Part shown: positions 1 through 14,689 of the stretch, one piece after another
Numbering within the stretch: position 1 is the first letter of the stretch
How the letters are laid out: each line of letters starts with the position of its first letter
Origin: the human T2T-CHM13v2.0 reference genome, Homo sapiens
NCBI RefSeq assembly: GCF_009914755.1
Contig: NC_060934.1
Reading direction: 5' to 3' (one strand)
DNA length: 64,000 nucleotides
Notes under the pieces: model-generated
What the model saw: the letters and a program-made list of their open reading frames with translations, nothing else
What the model was told of the DNA's origin: nothing
Databases searched by the model: none
Translations under genes and position numbers: made by a program

Positions 1-104
1 AGATGGCATTTCACCATGTTGACCTGGCTGGTCTCGATCTCCTGGCCTCAAGTGATCCACCCACCTTGGCCTGAGTTTACAGGAGTGAGCCACCGTGCCT
101 GGCC
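1..104 (-). mobile_element. Alu, 5' end of left monomer (remainder off-window), inserted into the HSP90AB pseudogene
   Basis: Reverse complement reads ggccaggcacggtggctcactcctgtaaactc...ggccaaggtgggtggatcacttgagg, the Alu 5' end with a short internal deletion. It abuts HSP90 coding sequence at 105. Confidence 0.95.
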
Positions 105-1424
105 TCAAGGCATTTCTTAACAATGTTTTTGCAAATGACTTTCAAGATTTTTCTGTGCTGGAGCACTTCTTGGGAGATGATCCAGGGCAGAGCTTCAAAA
201 TCAACAATACTACACATCAAGTTGAGATATTGTGGTATCAACTCCTCACAGCTGTCCATGGTGAACTCACAATCGATACAGACTTTGACGTTGTTCTTTT
301 TCTTCTTCTTATCAAAGAGGTCAAAGGGAGCCCCTGAGAAGCGATGAACAGCAATGCCCTGAATTCCAATTGACCTTCTACAGAGAAGCGCTTGAATGCC
401 AAGTGGACTTCCTAGTCATTAGTGAGGCTTTTGTAGAATTCTCCATACTCTTCCTGGGTAATGTCATCAGAGTTTCTGGTGCAGATAGGCTTGGTCTCAT
501 TTAGTTCTTCCTGAAGGATATATTTCTCCTTGATCTTCATGGTTTTCTTTTTCTTATCCTTACTACTGTCATTCTCCTCATCTGAACCCATATCTTCAAT
601 CCTGAGCTTTTCCTCCTCACCTTTATCTTCCTCTTCTTTCTCCCCTTTCTCTTTCTCTGTCTCACTGTCACTGATTTTCTTCTTTCATTCATTCCTTCTC
701 CAAATAAAGAGTGATGGGATAGCGTATGAACTGAGATTGCTTCTTCACTACTTCTTTGACCTGCCTCTGTTCTAAGTACTGTCTAGTCTTCTTTAAGGTG
801 GAGGATCACTTTGGTACCCCAGCCAATGGGCTCACTGTGGTCAGCACCTACAGTGAAGGAATGCCCCGCAGAAGAGTGACTCCCAGGAAAGCTGTTCATC
901 ATTGCTGTGCTTTGAGATCACAACCACTTTCTTTGCACAATAAAAGCCAGGTAGGCACAATAAAAGCCAAAACCAAATTGCCCAATCATGGATATGCGTG
1001 CACCAGCCTGAAGAGCCTCCATAAATGCTTTAGTACCAGACTTGGCAATGGTTCCCAAATTATTTATTAAATCAGCCTTGGACATACCAATGCCTGTGCC
1101 CAGCAAGTCAGGATGTGTTCCTGAGGGTTGGGGATGATGTCAATATTTAGCTCTTTACCACTGTCTAACTTGGAAGGCTCTCATAGTAAATCTTGTTCAA
1201 GGCATCAGATGCACTAGAAATCTCTTCCAAAGGAAAATCTCCTTGTTGAAATAGAAGGTATTGATGATGAGAGACATGGGTTCGGCAATTAATGCCTGAA
1301 AAGTGCAAATCTCTACCTCCTCCTCTTCATCAGGCATGATAAAAGGAAAAGGATTATAAGTAACGGAGAGCAAGGGCACTGCATGCCCGAGATGCACGCA
1401 GCACCAAGGCTGCATGAGGAACAC
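105..1424 (-). pseudogene. Processed HSP90AB1 (Hsp90-beta) pseudogene, 5' half: 5'UTR, ATPase domain, charged linker, start of middle domain; continues off-window
   Basis: Minus-strand ORF fragments [71 protein letters not shown] and [12 protein letters not shown]...[16 protein letters not shown] match Hsp90-beta. The ATG at 1337 is directly preceded by an HSP90AB1-like 5'UTR end (ttacttataatccttttccttttatc). There are no introns and several frameshifts/stops. Which numbered HSP90ABnP locus this is cannot be read from the sequence. Confidence 0.96.
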
Positions 1425-3705
<2,281 letters not shown>

Positions 3706-3724
3706 ATTTTCCATCACAGTTAGG

Positions 3725-4190
3725 AAAGTTTTCCCCACTCTCATGTTATAAAAGAAATCATCCATGTTTAATTCCAGAACTTCTATAGTATTATTTTCTA
3801 TACTTAAGCTTACATTGTGGAATCTATATTAGAGTATACAATAAAATATCATTCTAATTTCATCTTTTTTTAAATAGCTATAAAGACATCATTTATTAAA
3901 CAGTTCATGTTTTTCCCACTAATTTCACATGCCACCATAGTTATACACTAAATTTCCATATGCACTTGGGTTTATCGCTGTATTTTTTATTCTGTTACCC
4001 TGGATTATCTGGCTATTTGTGTATCAGTACCAAAATATTTCAATCATATGTTTATGTTTTTATAATTGGTGGTGCAATGTACACACTACTGTTTGTTTTC
4101 AGTATTTTCCTCAATATTCTTACTTTTTGTTATATATATGTAAGAACTTTAAAACTAAGAAGTTGATATTTTGAGTAATATTTTGATTTT
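3725..4190 (-). mobile_element. Ancient L1ME ORF2 3' fragment
   Basis: T-rich antisense L1 motifs: catcatttattaaacagttc, tatacactaaatttccatat, tcagtaccaaaatattt. Confidence 0.6.
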
Positions 4191-4544
4191 AGTAAAAAAT
4201 GCCTATCACTTATTCGCATTTATGTCTGTGTGTGAATTGATTGTTTTCATTTTTTGCTTAGTTAAAAGACATTGTGAATATCATGTATCCTAGGGACATC
4301 CATGATAAAATGAAAGAAAAAAAGTTACTTATGATTTAAGACATCATCACTATACATGTGGGTCAATTTGAATCAGACTATTTAGATGAAAATTCAGGTG
4401 CTTGTCTTTGAAATTTGACGACACAGATTCTTTCAGATCTGAAGAGGCGTATCTGTTTTAAATAACCCAAATCATTTTTGCACTGAGATGAACTAGTGAT
4501 TAATGAAATACAAGTCTACAGAGTTGTGCAAATTCTGGTTGATA

Positions 4545-4600
4545 TCTCTCTTTCTCTCTCTCTCTCTCTCTATGTATATATATATACACACACATATATA
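4545..4600. repeat. Compound (CT)n(AT)n(AC)n microsatellite
   Basis: Seen directly. Confidence 0.9.
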
Positions 4601-5324
4601 ATTAGTCCCACTTTATTCTTTCATAAAATATTTCTGAAATATTTCTAGTTTGGGATTATTTCACAGGAAAATTATGAATAAATTGTTATGTTCATCGCTG
4701 CATTTAATTCCATATTATTCTGGGAAATATCAAATGAATGATTTTATTCCTTAACAAAGAGTGTTGATTGGACCGGAGTTTTGGGTCATTAACTCCATGA
4801 TAAGTTTGTATTATTCCCAGAAGTATTCTCAGTCTGAATTTAAACTTCAGAATCACTCTTTAACATCAAGGAACACATTACTTTGTTCTAAATAATAACA
4901 TTTTCTTTAAAAATATAATGGCTTTAAAATACTAAAAATAGTAAGGTAATTGCTTCTTCCTATTTTATGTTACTTCTTAAAGCTTACAATAAATATTATC
5001 AAGGTTTAGCTGGACAATTTCAAGAGTACGCATTGGTTTTTTGTTTCTCTCTGATTGATAACAGAGGTAAAGCAAAATACTCTGATTACAATGACCAGAT
5101 TTTAATGAGCAATTGTCTATTAACAGTTCCCCCTCACTGTTTAAAGACAGACAAAAACTTCACAAAACATGATGTGCAGTGAATATTTATTTAAAAAATA
5201 TAATGGAAACTTAGTTAAATCAACTTCTACCATAGCAAATTTATATTAGTTGTATTCTGTCTCAAGACCATTTAATAATTCCTTTCTAAAAGATTTTAGA
5301 AAGGGATAATATTGCTTTATTCTT

Positions 5325-5652
5325 TTTTTTAAAAAAATTACTATTTAGAGAAGTTTTAGGTTCACAGCAAAACTGAGAAGAAAATAGAGTTTCCACATAC
5401 CCCCTGCCCTCCCCCGACACACAACCTCCCCCTCTATCAATATTCCCCACCAAAGAGGTTCATTTGTTATAACAGATGACCTATATTAACACATCATCTC
5501 CCAAACACCACTGTTTACATAAGGGTTTACAGTTGTTATTATAAATTACATGGTTTTTCACAAATATATAATGACAGATATCTACCATAGTATCATATGA
5601 AATTATTTTGCTGCCCTAAAAATTCTTGTGCTCTGACTATTCATCCCTTCCT
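5325..5652 (-). mobile_element. L1MC1/L1MC2-like 3' end
   Basis: agttttaggttcacagcaaaactgag...tttgttataacagatgacctatattaacacatc...ctgccctaaaaattcttgtgctctgactattcatcc. Confidence 0.85.
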
Positions 5653-6040
5653 CTATGGTGTACACATATACCATGAAGTACTATGCAGCCATAAAAAAGA
5701 ACGAGATAATGTCCTTTGCAGAAACATCGATGGAGCTGGAGGCCATTATCCTAAGCAAACTAACACAGGAAAAGAAAACAAAATGCCACATGTTCTCCCT
5801 TATAAGTCGGAGCTAAACACTGAGTACAGGTGGACACAAACAGAGGAATAGTAGACACTGGGGCCTATTGAGGGTGGAAGGTAGGAGGAGGGTGAGGATC
5901 AAAAAACTACCTATTGAGAACTGTGCTTATTACCTGGTGATGAAGTTATCTGTACACCAAATCCCTGCGATATGCAGTTTACCTATATAACAAACCTGTA
6001 CGTGTACCCTCAAACCTAGAATAAAAGTTGAAAAAAAAAA
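5653..6040 (+). mobile_element. L1PA (L1PA15/16-like) 3' end with poly(A)
   Basis: tactatgcagccataaaaaagaacgag...aacaaacctgtacgtgtaccc...aataaaagttg followed by A10. Confidence 0.9.
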
Positions 6041-7554
6041 AGTTCCATGGCAAATAATCCCAGTGATAGATGTCATATTACAAGGCCAATAGGGGGAAAT
6101 AAAAGACAAGATTCTGACACTGCAGCAAGACTGCAGGCCTAACTCTCTTTTTAAGGAATAGAAGAACTATAGCAAATAATTAGTTTTCAGATCTTTCAAA
6201 GATTACTATTATTGTTGCTTACATACACACTGGTTTTGACAATCTGGCAGGTCCTTATTCATTAAACACATAGCTGTACATGAGTCAGACTTGAATCTTT
6301 AATATAGTAAATGAAATAGATCTGGTATCATAATCCTAAAATTTTGAAAGGTAAGAATATTTTTGAAAATGGCAAAAATTAATATCTTTGTTAATTATCT
6401 TTCCATTTCTATTATCTCAAAACATCATAACCACCCAAAATGCATGGAAACATATATTTTTAGAAAATACTAAGAGATTTTTTGATAGACCAGTTGACTC
6501 CTGGAAAAAATGTAATAAAGCTGTCTTTGTTCTTTGGAAACTATGCATCTTAAGACAGACAGTTTTAATACAGAAAAAGGGTACGTGTGTGATTCAGAGC
6601 AAAATCTATCAAACAGAACAATAGCAGATATCAGTGACTAGAATATTAGAATCAGATACACTTTATGCCAAAAAAGGTAATAAATTACTTGTTACTTTAG
6701 TAAATGTTTCTGATACAATTAAAGCGTATTTTACTTCAGACAGTCATATCTTAAAGCATAAATATTTTTCCATTTGGAAAGTATTTCACAAGCAAGGGAA
6801 AAAGCAAAGCAGATTCCCAAGTAACTCCAGACTTCCTAAAGAATATAGAAAATAAAAGAAAATTAGTGTGTTTTATTCCATCCTGGAGGAGAACTTGATA
6901 CACAGAACAAAAGCATTTTTTTTTTTTTACCAGTTGTAGGTGTTGCCTACCCTCGTATCTGATTGTTGTTTACAAACTAAAAGAAAATCTATGTTCAACT
7001 CATTTAAAGACCTGCTGCTGAAGGAGACCTACACACTGCTAACTTGATACAAAGTTAATTAACGTACATTATAAATATTGACAAATATGTACAGAATTGT
7101 TTTAAAGTTGAGAAAAATTAATGGCATGAAGGAAAAGACAAACAGAAAAACCAGCTGAACCTGAGAGAATGTATATATTGAAAACTTGAATATTTACAGT
7201 TTTCTTATGTAAAAATTTAAATTTTTCCTCTAAAAATATAAATAAATGTATATGTCAAAGTTAAAATAAAGATTGTTCTAAAAACATTTGAATAAAATCC
7301 AGAAGGAGAAGGCAGAAAATACTGAAGAGAACAAATAGTAAAACATGAAATATAAGAACATTTGCCTAGTTAAAAATTTTTGTCTTTAGAATAAAAGGAT
7401 AACTTAAGACACATTAAGTGTTAAGTAAGATAATTTCAGAAAAAAAGAAACTAAGGACAGATTACTCGATGCTCTTTATGAAAAGGCATATACAGATGCT
7501 TTTGTTCTGTGGATCAAGTTCTCCAAGACAGAATAAAACTATATGTACAGTTTT

Positions 7555-7612
7555 TCTATCTACCTATCTATCTGTCTGTCTGTCTGTCTACCTACCTACC
7601 TATCATCTATCT
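7555..7612. repeat. (TCTA/TCTG/CCTA)n tetranucleotide repeat
   Basis: Seen directly. Confidence 0.85.
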
Positions 7613-8494
7613 TTCAAGAATGAATAAATTCCAAATGCTCAGATATAAAAATAAAGTTTACAACAGAAGAAATGAGAATCATGTAGTAATCAGATTTTTC
7701 ACTTTGTAATACGGAATGATTTTTTCATGGCAAGTTTTTCTGTAACAATAATTATATACCCAACAAAATTATAATTTAAATTTGAAGGAAAATAACGTCT
7801 TGCTCTAATATTAAAGGATTTAGAAAGATTCCCATTCATACATATTTTCTCAAGAAATTTAGATAATATTGTAATGCAGAGAAAAACAGCAAAAAGAATC
7901 CAAAGGCATAATGATGAGAACAAATAAACAGACTATTAAAAAGATAAATTACTAGCTCACAACAGTGGTAATATTGATAAAGTTCAATGCAATTTTTTTA
8001 AATAATTTATTTTAAAACTATAAGAATTTTGTAAAAAATATTTACCTATTAATATTATTTTAGATAACTTCCTCAAAACTCAAGATCTAGGACAAAAAAT
8101 ATGTAAACACATACTATGACCTTCAATTACAAAAACTATGAAAATTAATATATTTTAATATCATACAAATACAGCACATTTTATTTAGCCTTTCTCAAGT
8201 TAGTAATGTTATTAGCTAATACACATGCAAAAATTACTATACACCAATCTTTGTGACTCTCAATTTGGGACAAATTTTAAGAAGTAAAAAATCCTAAATC
8301 AAAAATTATGAAAATTATTAAAACTTTTCAGATATAGCATTAAATTGATTTTGCTAATATATGAAACAATCTATACATTTCCTATCATACTTAACAGCTA
8401 CCATTTCTCATGCCATCTCTAACACACCAAAGGAGTAAAACAGTATCTTATTTAATTTCCTTTTCTCTTGTTACTATTAAGCTTGTTAAAAATG

Positions 8495-9015
8495 CATTTA
8501 TTGTACTTCCTATTCTGGTCAAAAAGAGGTAGACACATTTCTCTCTATTTGTCCCACTAAGTACAGGGAGAAACTCTAGACATAATTCATAAAACAAGCA
8601 CAGGCAGTTTCTGAAGGCTGGAAAAAGGAAGGCAAACTGGTTAGGGGCCTTGGGACTCAAGAAACAATCTGACGGCTAGTTCTCTCGACTTTCTTTTTCT
8701 TTTGCATTGTGTCTATCTATATAGAAATGGAAGAGACCCTCAGTGTGGAATCACCAATGGTCATCGAGAAAAAAACTCTCAAGAGATGCTTGTTTTCTCT
8801 AGCCAGTGAGCTGGAAAACAGGTAGCTGAGTGGACAAAAACCTTTTGACAATCTTTGTTCTACTTCAGTCAAAGATTACCATGGGGGAAAGAAACCCATG
8901 CAGCCACCACTACCCCCATTGTCCTCATGGGTGTGGTGTTGGTGTCACTGGACGCTAAGTAGGAAGTTCCCACTCCCACTGCTGGCTAACAGCAGTGCTT
9001 CTCCTGTTCTTTCCA
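8495..9015 (+). mobile_element. L1MC-type 5' UTR fragment
   Basis: acttcctattctggtc...gtagacacatttctctctatttgtcccactaagtac...gaaggcaaactggttaggggccttgggactcaagaa resembles old L1MC 5'-end consensus. Confidence 0.7.
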
Positions 9016-9799
9016 ATTGGGGAGTGTGGGGAGCAGGCAGCTGGAGAACGGGGTTCACAAAAATCTCAAAACGCTCAAATACGTTTTGGAAGACTTCCTA
9101 TTGAATGTTCTATTACTAACAGAAAATCAAACCACCCTGCACTATTTCTGTTTTGGATATTTTGTTGATGAGTGTGCAAACTGAATGTTGTGAATTACTA
9201 GGATTTCACATCATGACTAGCACTTCGAAAAAGAAAGAAAACAGGAGGTTTCATCATGGAGGTAAAAATGGAAGAAACAATTGTTTCCATATTTGATGCC
9301 TCTTTCTGTGGTGTTCTCATTCCATTGTCAGATCCTAAGAGCCCAGAAAGGTCACTGAGCAGAGTGAAAGGACATTGTGCTGTCCTTTGCTTTTTCTTTG
9401 TTGGCAATGCGGGTTTCATTATAAAAGTAACATTCCTTATCTAGTTCAGTTTCTGACCACTCTTGACCATGCAGCCATGGCTCAGGGGACAGTAGTCAAG
9501 TTCACCAACACTTACAGCATCCTCTTTGTAGCAGTCTTGAAATATAATATTTTGGGTGACTCTGAGAAGTTCAGAAGCAGGGCAAAGAGGATCCAGGAAG
9601 AAGCAAGCATAAACTGCCTCACTTGACGATCTTTATCTGTCAAAAAAAAATGAGCCCAGAAGCTCTTCAAAAATGACAGTAGCAAACCTAACTTTTCCAG
9701 TTTCAGAAATTACCATCAGATTGTGCAGTGCCTGGGCCGAGACTGATGTGACACCCTGAACCATTCTGCTGTCTTCCTTTGCCTTTCTTTAGCCAACAG

Positions 9800-10220
9800 C
9801 GATGGATCTGCTATTTATACAGAACAGTGTGGCTGGAATAAAATATTTCTGACTGCTTCTTGAAATCTCAACATTTCTGCCATTAATAAGAAGAGTCATT
9901 AAAGATAATCCTTACGTGATGAGTCAGGAATGGTTAACAGCTGCCGAATTACTTCCAATTCTGAAACTTCTTTTAAAATGTAACATTTTGTTACCTGATG
10001 GCAACTGGATACAGTCAGGATACCAGCATTTACTTGTGGGGGAGAGAAGAGAGGATGGAGAGAGAATGAAGGAATTATGAATATATGTGATGGGTAATAT
10101 ATATAATGTATAATAGTTTCTGTGCCTTTTCCCCTTTAGAGGAAGAAGAGTGGCAGAATAACCATCTGTCTGCTTTTAAGCAAACCCTCCTTATATTTAA
10201 AGGCAGCTATTTATTTTTTT
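9800..10220. promoter_or_regulatory. Candidate enhancer (GATA/bZIP/AP-1/TEAD/E-box/MEF2-like cluster)
   Basis: AGATAA 9903-9908, TTACGTGA 9912-9919, TGAGTCA 9920-9926, GGAATG 9927-9932, CAGCTG 9938-9943, CTATTTATAC 9811-9820, all in non-repeat sequence. Motif evidence only. Confidence 0.35.
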
Positions 10221-10344
10221 TAACCCATTCTAAGGTTGTAATAAAAATCAGAGAGTGGGAGGACTAGATCTTCAGCAAGAAATGAGACAATGTGTTCATA
10301 ATATTCGTGAATATCTATGACATCTGTACTTTTCTAGTATTATA

Positions 10345-10560
10345 TGATGAAGTCAGACAGACCTGGCTCCAGATTCCAGCTCAAATAATACTATGTGATC
10401 TTAGTACATTAAATAACTTACCTAAATTCAGTTTCCTCATCAATAAAGTGGTTGTAATAATAACATGTAGCTCACAGTGTTGTTGTAGGATTAAGTGCAA
10501 TAATGTGTATGAGACAATTAGCCCAGTTGCTGATACATTGTAGACTTTAACAGATATTAC
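10345..10560 (+). mobile_element. MIR
   Basis: agtcagacagacctggctcc...tcagtttcctcatcaataaagtgg...gttgtaggattaagtgcaataatg core. Confidence 0.85.
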
Positions 10561-10749
10561 TTGTAAATAATAGTAAATTATGTAACATTATTAGGTTAGT
10601 ACAAAGTAAAAAATGATTTATAAAGTCAACAATCTAGCATACAATAACCATGTGAGGGCATATACTATTCTCTTTAAGAAATATGTGTTTAATGGCTTTT
10701 CCTAAGGATACATGAAATTTGCTCCATCAAATTCATAACAAACAGACAA

Positions 10750-10912
10750 ATAGTGTGTTCTAGATACTATGTCAATCTGACTCTCTGTTTTTGTCCGAAC
10801 TGTTACTAGCTGCATGACCTCAGGCAAGCCACCTGAATTCCTTGAAACAGGTTTCTCACCTGTACATTAACTATCCTGCTTACCTTGCCTACTTTGGAAC
10901 TGTGCAAAGAAT
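10750..10912 (+). mobile_element. MIR fragment
   Basis: ttactagctgcatgacctcaggcaagccacct...ggtttctcacctgta. Confidence 0.7.
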
Positions 10913-11321
10913 GCCAGGCATTCACATTGTTATTGCTGTTATGCAGGTCAACAGTAAAGACATAGCCCTAATCATGTCTTCTGGGTTTGTTAACCTCTGC
11001 TCTGCTGGTCACCTTTCATCAGAAAGAAATTAAGTAAAGCACTGGAGATAATTCTTCTTGGGTCCTATCTGACTTGCTCTGAACTTCTCACATTCATCTA
11101 AAATATTATGGTCCAAGGCTGCTACAAAGAGGATGTTCTAAGTGTGGGTGATCCTAGTAGCTCAAACAGAAACGAAACCCTAATCTCTAACAGAGAAAAA
11201 GCAAGAAACAGCAGTAACACCTCTCGCTCTGCTCAGGTGACCCATCCGTTATCCTAGGATCTAACTGAAATCAGTCAGACTGCAATCAGTCAAACGGAGG
11301 CATTACAAAACTCTTGCTCCA

Positions 11322-11622
11322 TTTCTTTCTCTCTCTCTCTCTCCCTCTCTCTCTCTTTCTTTCTTTTTGACAGGTCTCACTCCTTCCCAGGCTTGAGTGC
11401 AGTGATGTAATGATAGCTCACTGCAACCTCAACCTCAAGTGATCCTCTCACCTCACAGCCTCTCGAGTAGCTGAGACTACAAGTTCATGCTGCCACTCCT
11501 GCCTAATATTTTTTTTAATTTTTTTGTAGAAAGAGTCTCACTATGTTGCCCAGGTTGGTCTCAAATGCTTCAGCTCAAGTGATCCTCCTGCCTTGGCCTC
11601 CCAAATTACTGGGATTACAGGC
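11322..11622 (-). mobile_element. AluJ with tail converted to (CT)n; slightly 5'-truncated
   Basis: atagctcactgcaacctcaacc, cactatgttgcccagg and gctcaagtgatcctcc are AluJ diagnostics. Confidence 0.9.
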
Positions 11623-12279
11623 AAACCTACTGGCATTTAAATCATCTGTTATTCCCTTTATGATGAAAGTTCCCATTCCCTCTCTCTTTCCAAGTACTGT
11701 ACTAGTAACAATATGAAATTCTAATAATTCAAAACACACTAGGTGTGCATACTCAGCAACAAAATATCCAGAACAAAAATAATGCTGATTAGAATGCCAT
11801 TCCCTTGTTTCTTCTTAGTAACATAACACTCAGTGGGAAGTTTTTTTTTTATCATAATCTCCACTCTTCTAAAGATGTGGACTAGGGTTACAGTTTATTC
11901 TAGCCATTCTGACAGTCTGACTCAAGTGGGGTTTTAAATGATGGTCAGTCATTGGTAAATATCTATTCACAGTGAAAATAATTAATTAATGCTCAATAAT
12001 TCATTACTTATTGTTCAGGCCATCTGTTTTGGCTAAAGCATCTCTTCAGTTGATTTTGCTCTAAGCATCTGATGTAACCCGATTTTATAAAGACAATTGC
12101 CTTATGTTTATTTGTTATAACTCGATTAAACATGTTGTCCCACTTATGTCACTCTAGTGCTCTAGGCTAGGGTGCCGATTAGCATTCCCATTCTGTAGAA
12201 GGAAACTGAGGCACTTGGGAAAAGAATAAATAAGTGAGATTTGAAAAGAAATGAATGAGAGAAATACAGATAAAATTGA

Positions 12280-12584
<305 letters not shown>

Positions 12585-13530
12585 AAATTTGAGATTCCTT
12601 GATGTTCACCAATATTGCAAAAAGTGTTGATTTAATAAAATATGTGTTAAGACTAATAATTATTGAATGCTTCTTACTGCCTAAAAATCAGGTCATAACA
12701 AGAAGGCAGTAAAAAGGTACTCCAAATACAAGATTTTTTTTTATAATACATATTACATAGAATTGTCTTTTCTTACTAACCACAAGTTACCACCGCACAA
12801 GGTTTTCCATTGCTTCATGCTGTGAGTGTTATAGGTTAGAAGTTTAAAAAAAAAGTGTTAATTAACCTCAGTGTTATCACTTCTGTTATTTAGAGAAGCT
12901 GATGATTTTTACTAGCGAGAGTCTGGCCTAAAAATACAGGTGTCTTCATTAACACAGGCTGAGAACACATCCAGTTATCATATTGTTACTTTCCTTCTGA
13001 AGGCACAATTTTTATTTTTATTTTCTACTTTATTTCTCTTGCATGTCTCTTAAATATAACAGTTCCCATAACTGTTCATATTTGACATGTATGAAAGATA
13101 CATCTGAAGAGCTTTACAAACCCCATATTCATGCAAGCCTTCCTGTTATAATTTCTATAAGGTTATAAAATCTAGCAGTGTAGCTCTGTAATTCATCTGA
13201 TATTCATTGATAGTGGGCAAGTAGCTAAGTTATTCCAAAAAGTGATGGAAGACACTTGCCACCTAAGTGACTTGCTCCCTGCTCCATCCTACAGCATATT
13301 CTATTCACATGTATGCTTCCCCAAAATCACAAACTGTTGAACAATGGATTCTCCATGGATCACTGATGATATTCACTGTAATGTTAAATATATTAACCTC
13401 CAAGGCCTACCACGTAACAAATGTACCTACAACAGATTACCATCTTAAGAAAAACATACTTTATATCACAATCAGTAACATATGATGTGGTTGTAACAGG
13501 GCATTTATCGTAACAATTAGTACATCACAT

Positions 13531-13915
<385 letters not shown>

Positions 13916-14689
13916 TGACCATTAGTATATAATATGATAGTTTAGTTTGAGATTGATGGCTGTTTATCAATGTAGTGGTTTTATCATGAACACAGACAAT
14001 AACTGTATTAGAAGATGGCTATATTTTCTCCTGCTTTGTATAGCAACAGATACTTTCTTCGATTAATATTTCATTTGAATTCCAACCATGCATTAAGCCT
14101 AGCAATTAATGCCAATTTATGAAAAAGGCACAGTCCCAGCTTTCAAGCAACAAATAATCCGGGATATTTTGACAAACTCCTGATCTCAGTTAAAACCATA
14201 TTTCTTCTCTTGTCAAGCACAGATAATAAAAATACTAAATTCTACCTTTCTTTAAAATCAGCTGATTCTAAGTATACCTTTTCCCTGTGGACCATATCAA
14301 GGTATTTGATGGCTAAGTTTGTGTCTAAAATCTATGAAATGTTATGTTAGACAATTACACAAAATAAGATTATGATAACAAAATAAAAAGTATTCTGAAT
14401 TATTTTGTTCCTTATAATCTAATACACACACAAAAAAGTAAAATTAAGTCATATGCTCGTGCCGGACAGCAATGCTAAATGACCTTAGTTCTTCTTAATG
14501 CTAGAAATTCTTTGGTATATTAATAGTAATTTCTTACACTATATACAAAATGCTTGGTTATTTATCATTCTCTCTTAGAAAATTGAGGACAAAAACAAAA
14601 AAACTTACATATTATCATAACCTAGAGAAGTGCTGGCAATGTTTCAGATACTAATACATTTTCATAGAAAAATTAAAAAATAAATTTTT

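Noticed and set aside
95-1070. Plus-strand ORFs over the HSP90 region
   Set aside because: Antisense shadows of the pseudogene
9590-9630. RKKQA-TASL resemblance to CGGBP1 or C6orf62
   Set aside because: Only a few residues match and the flanks do not extend; chance
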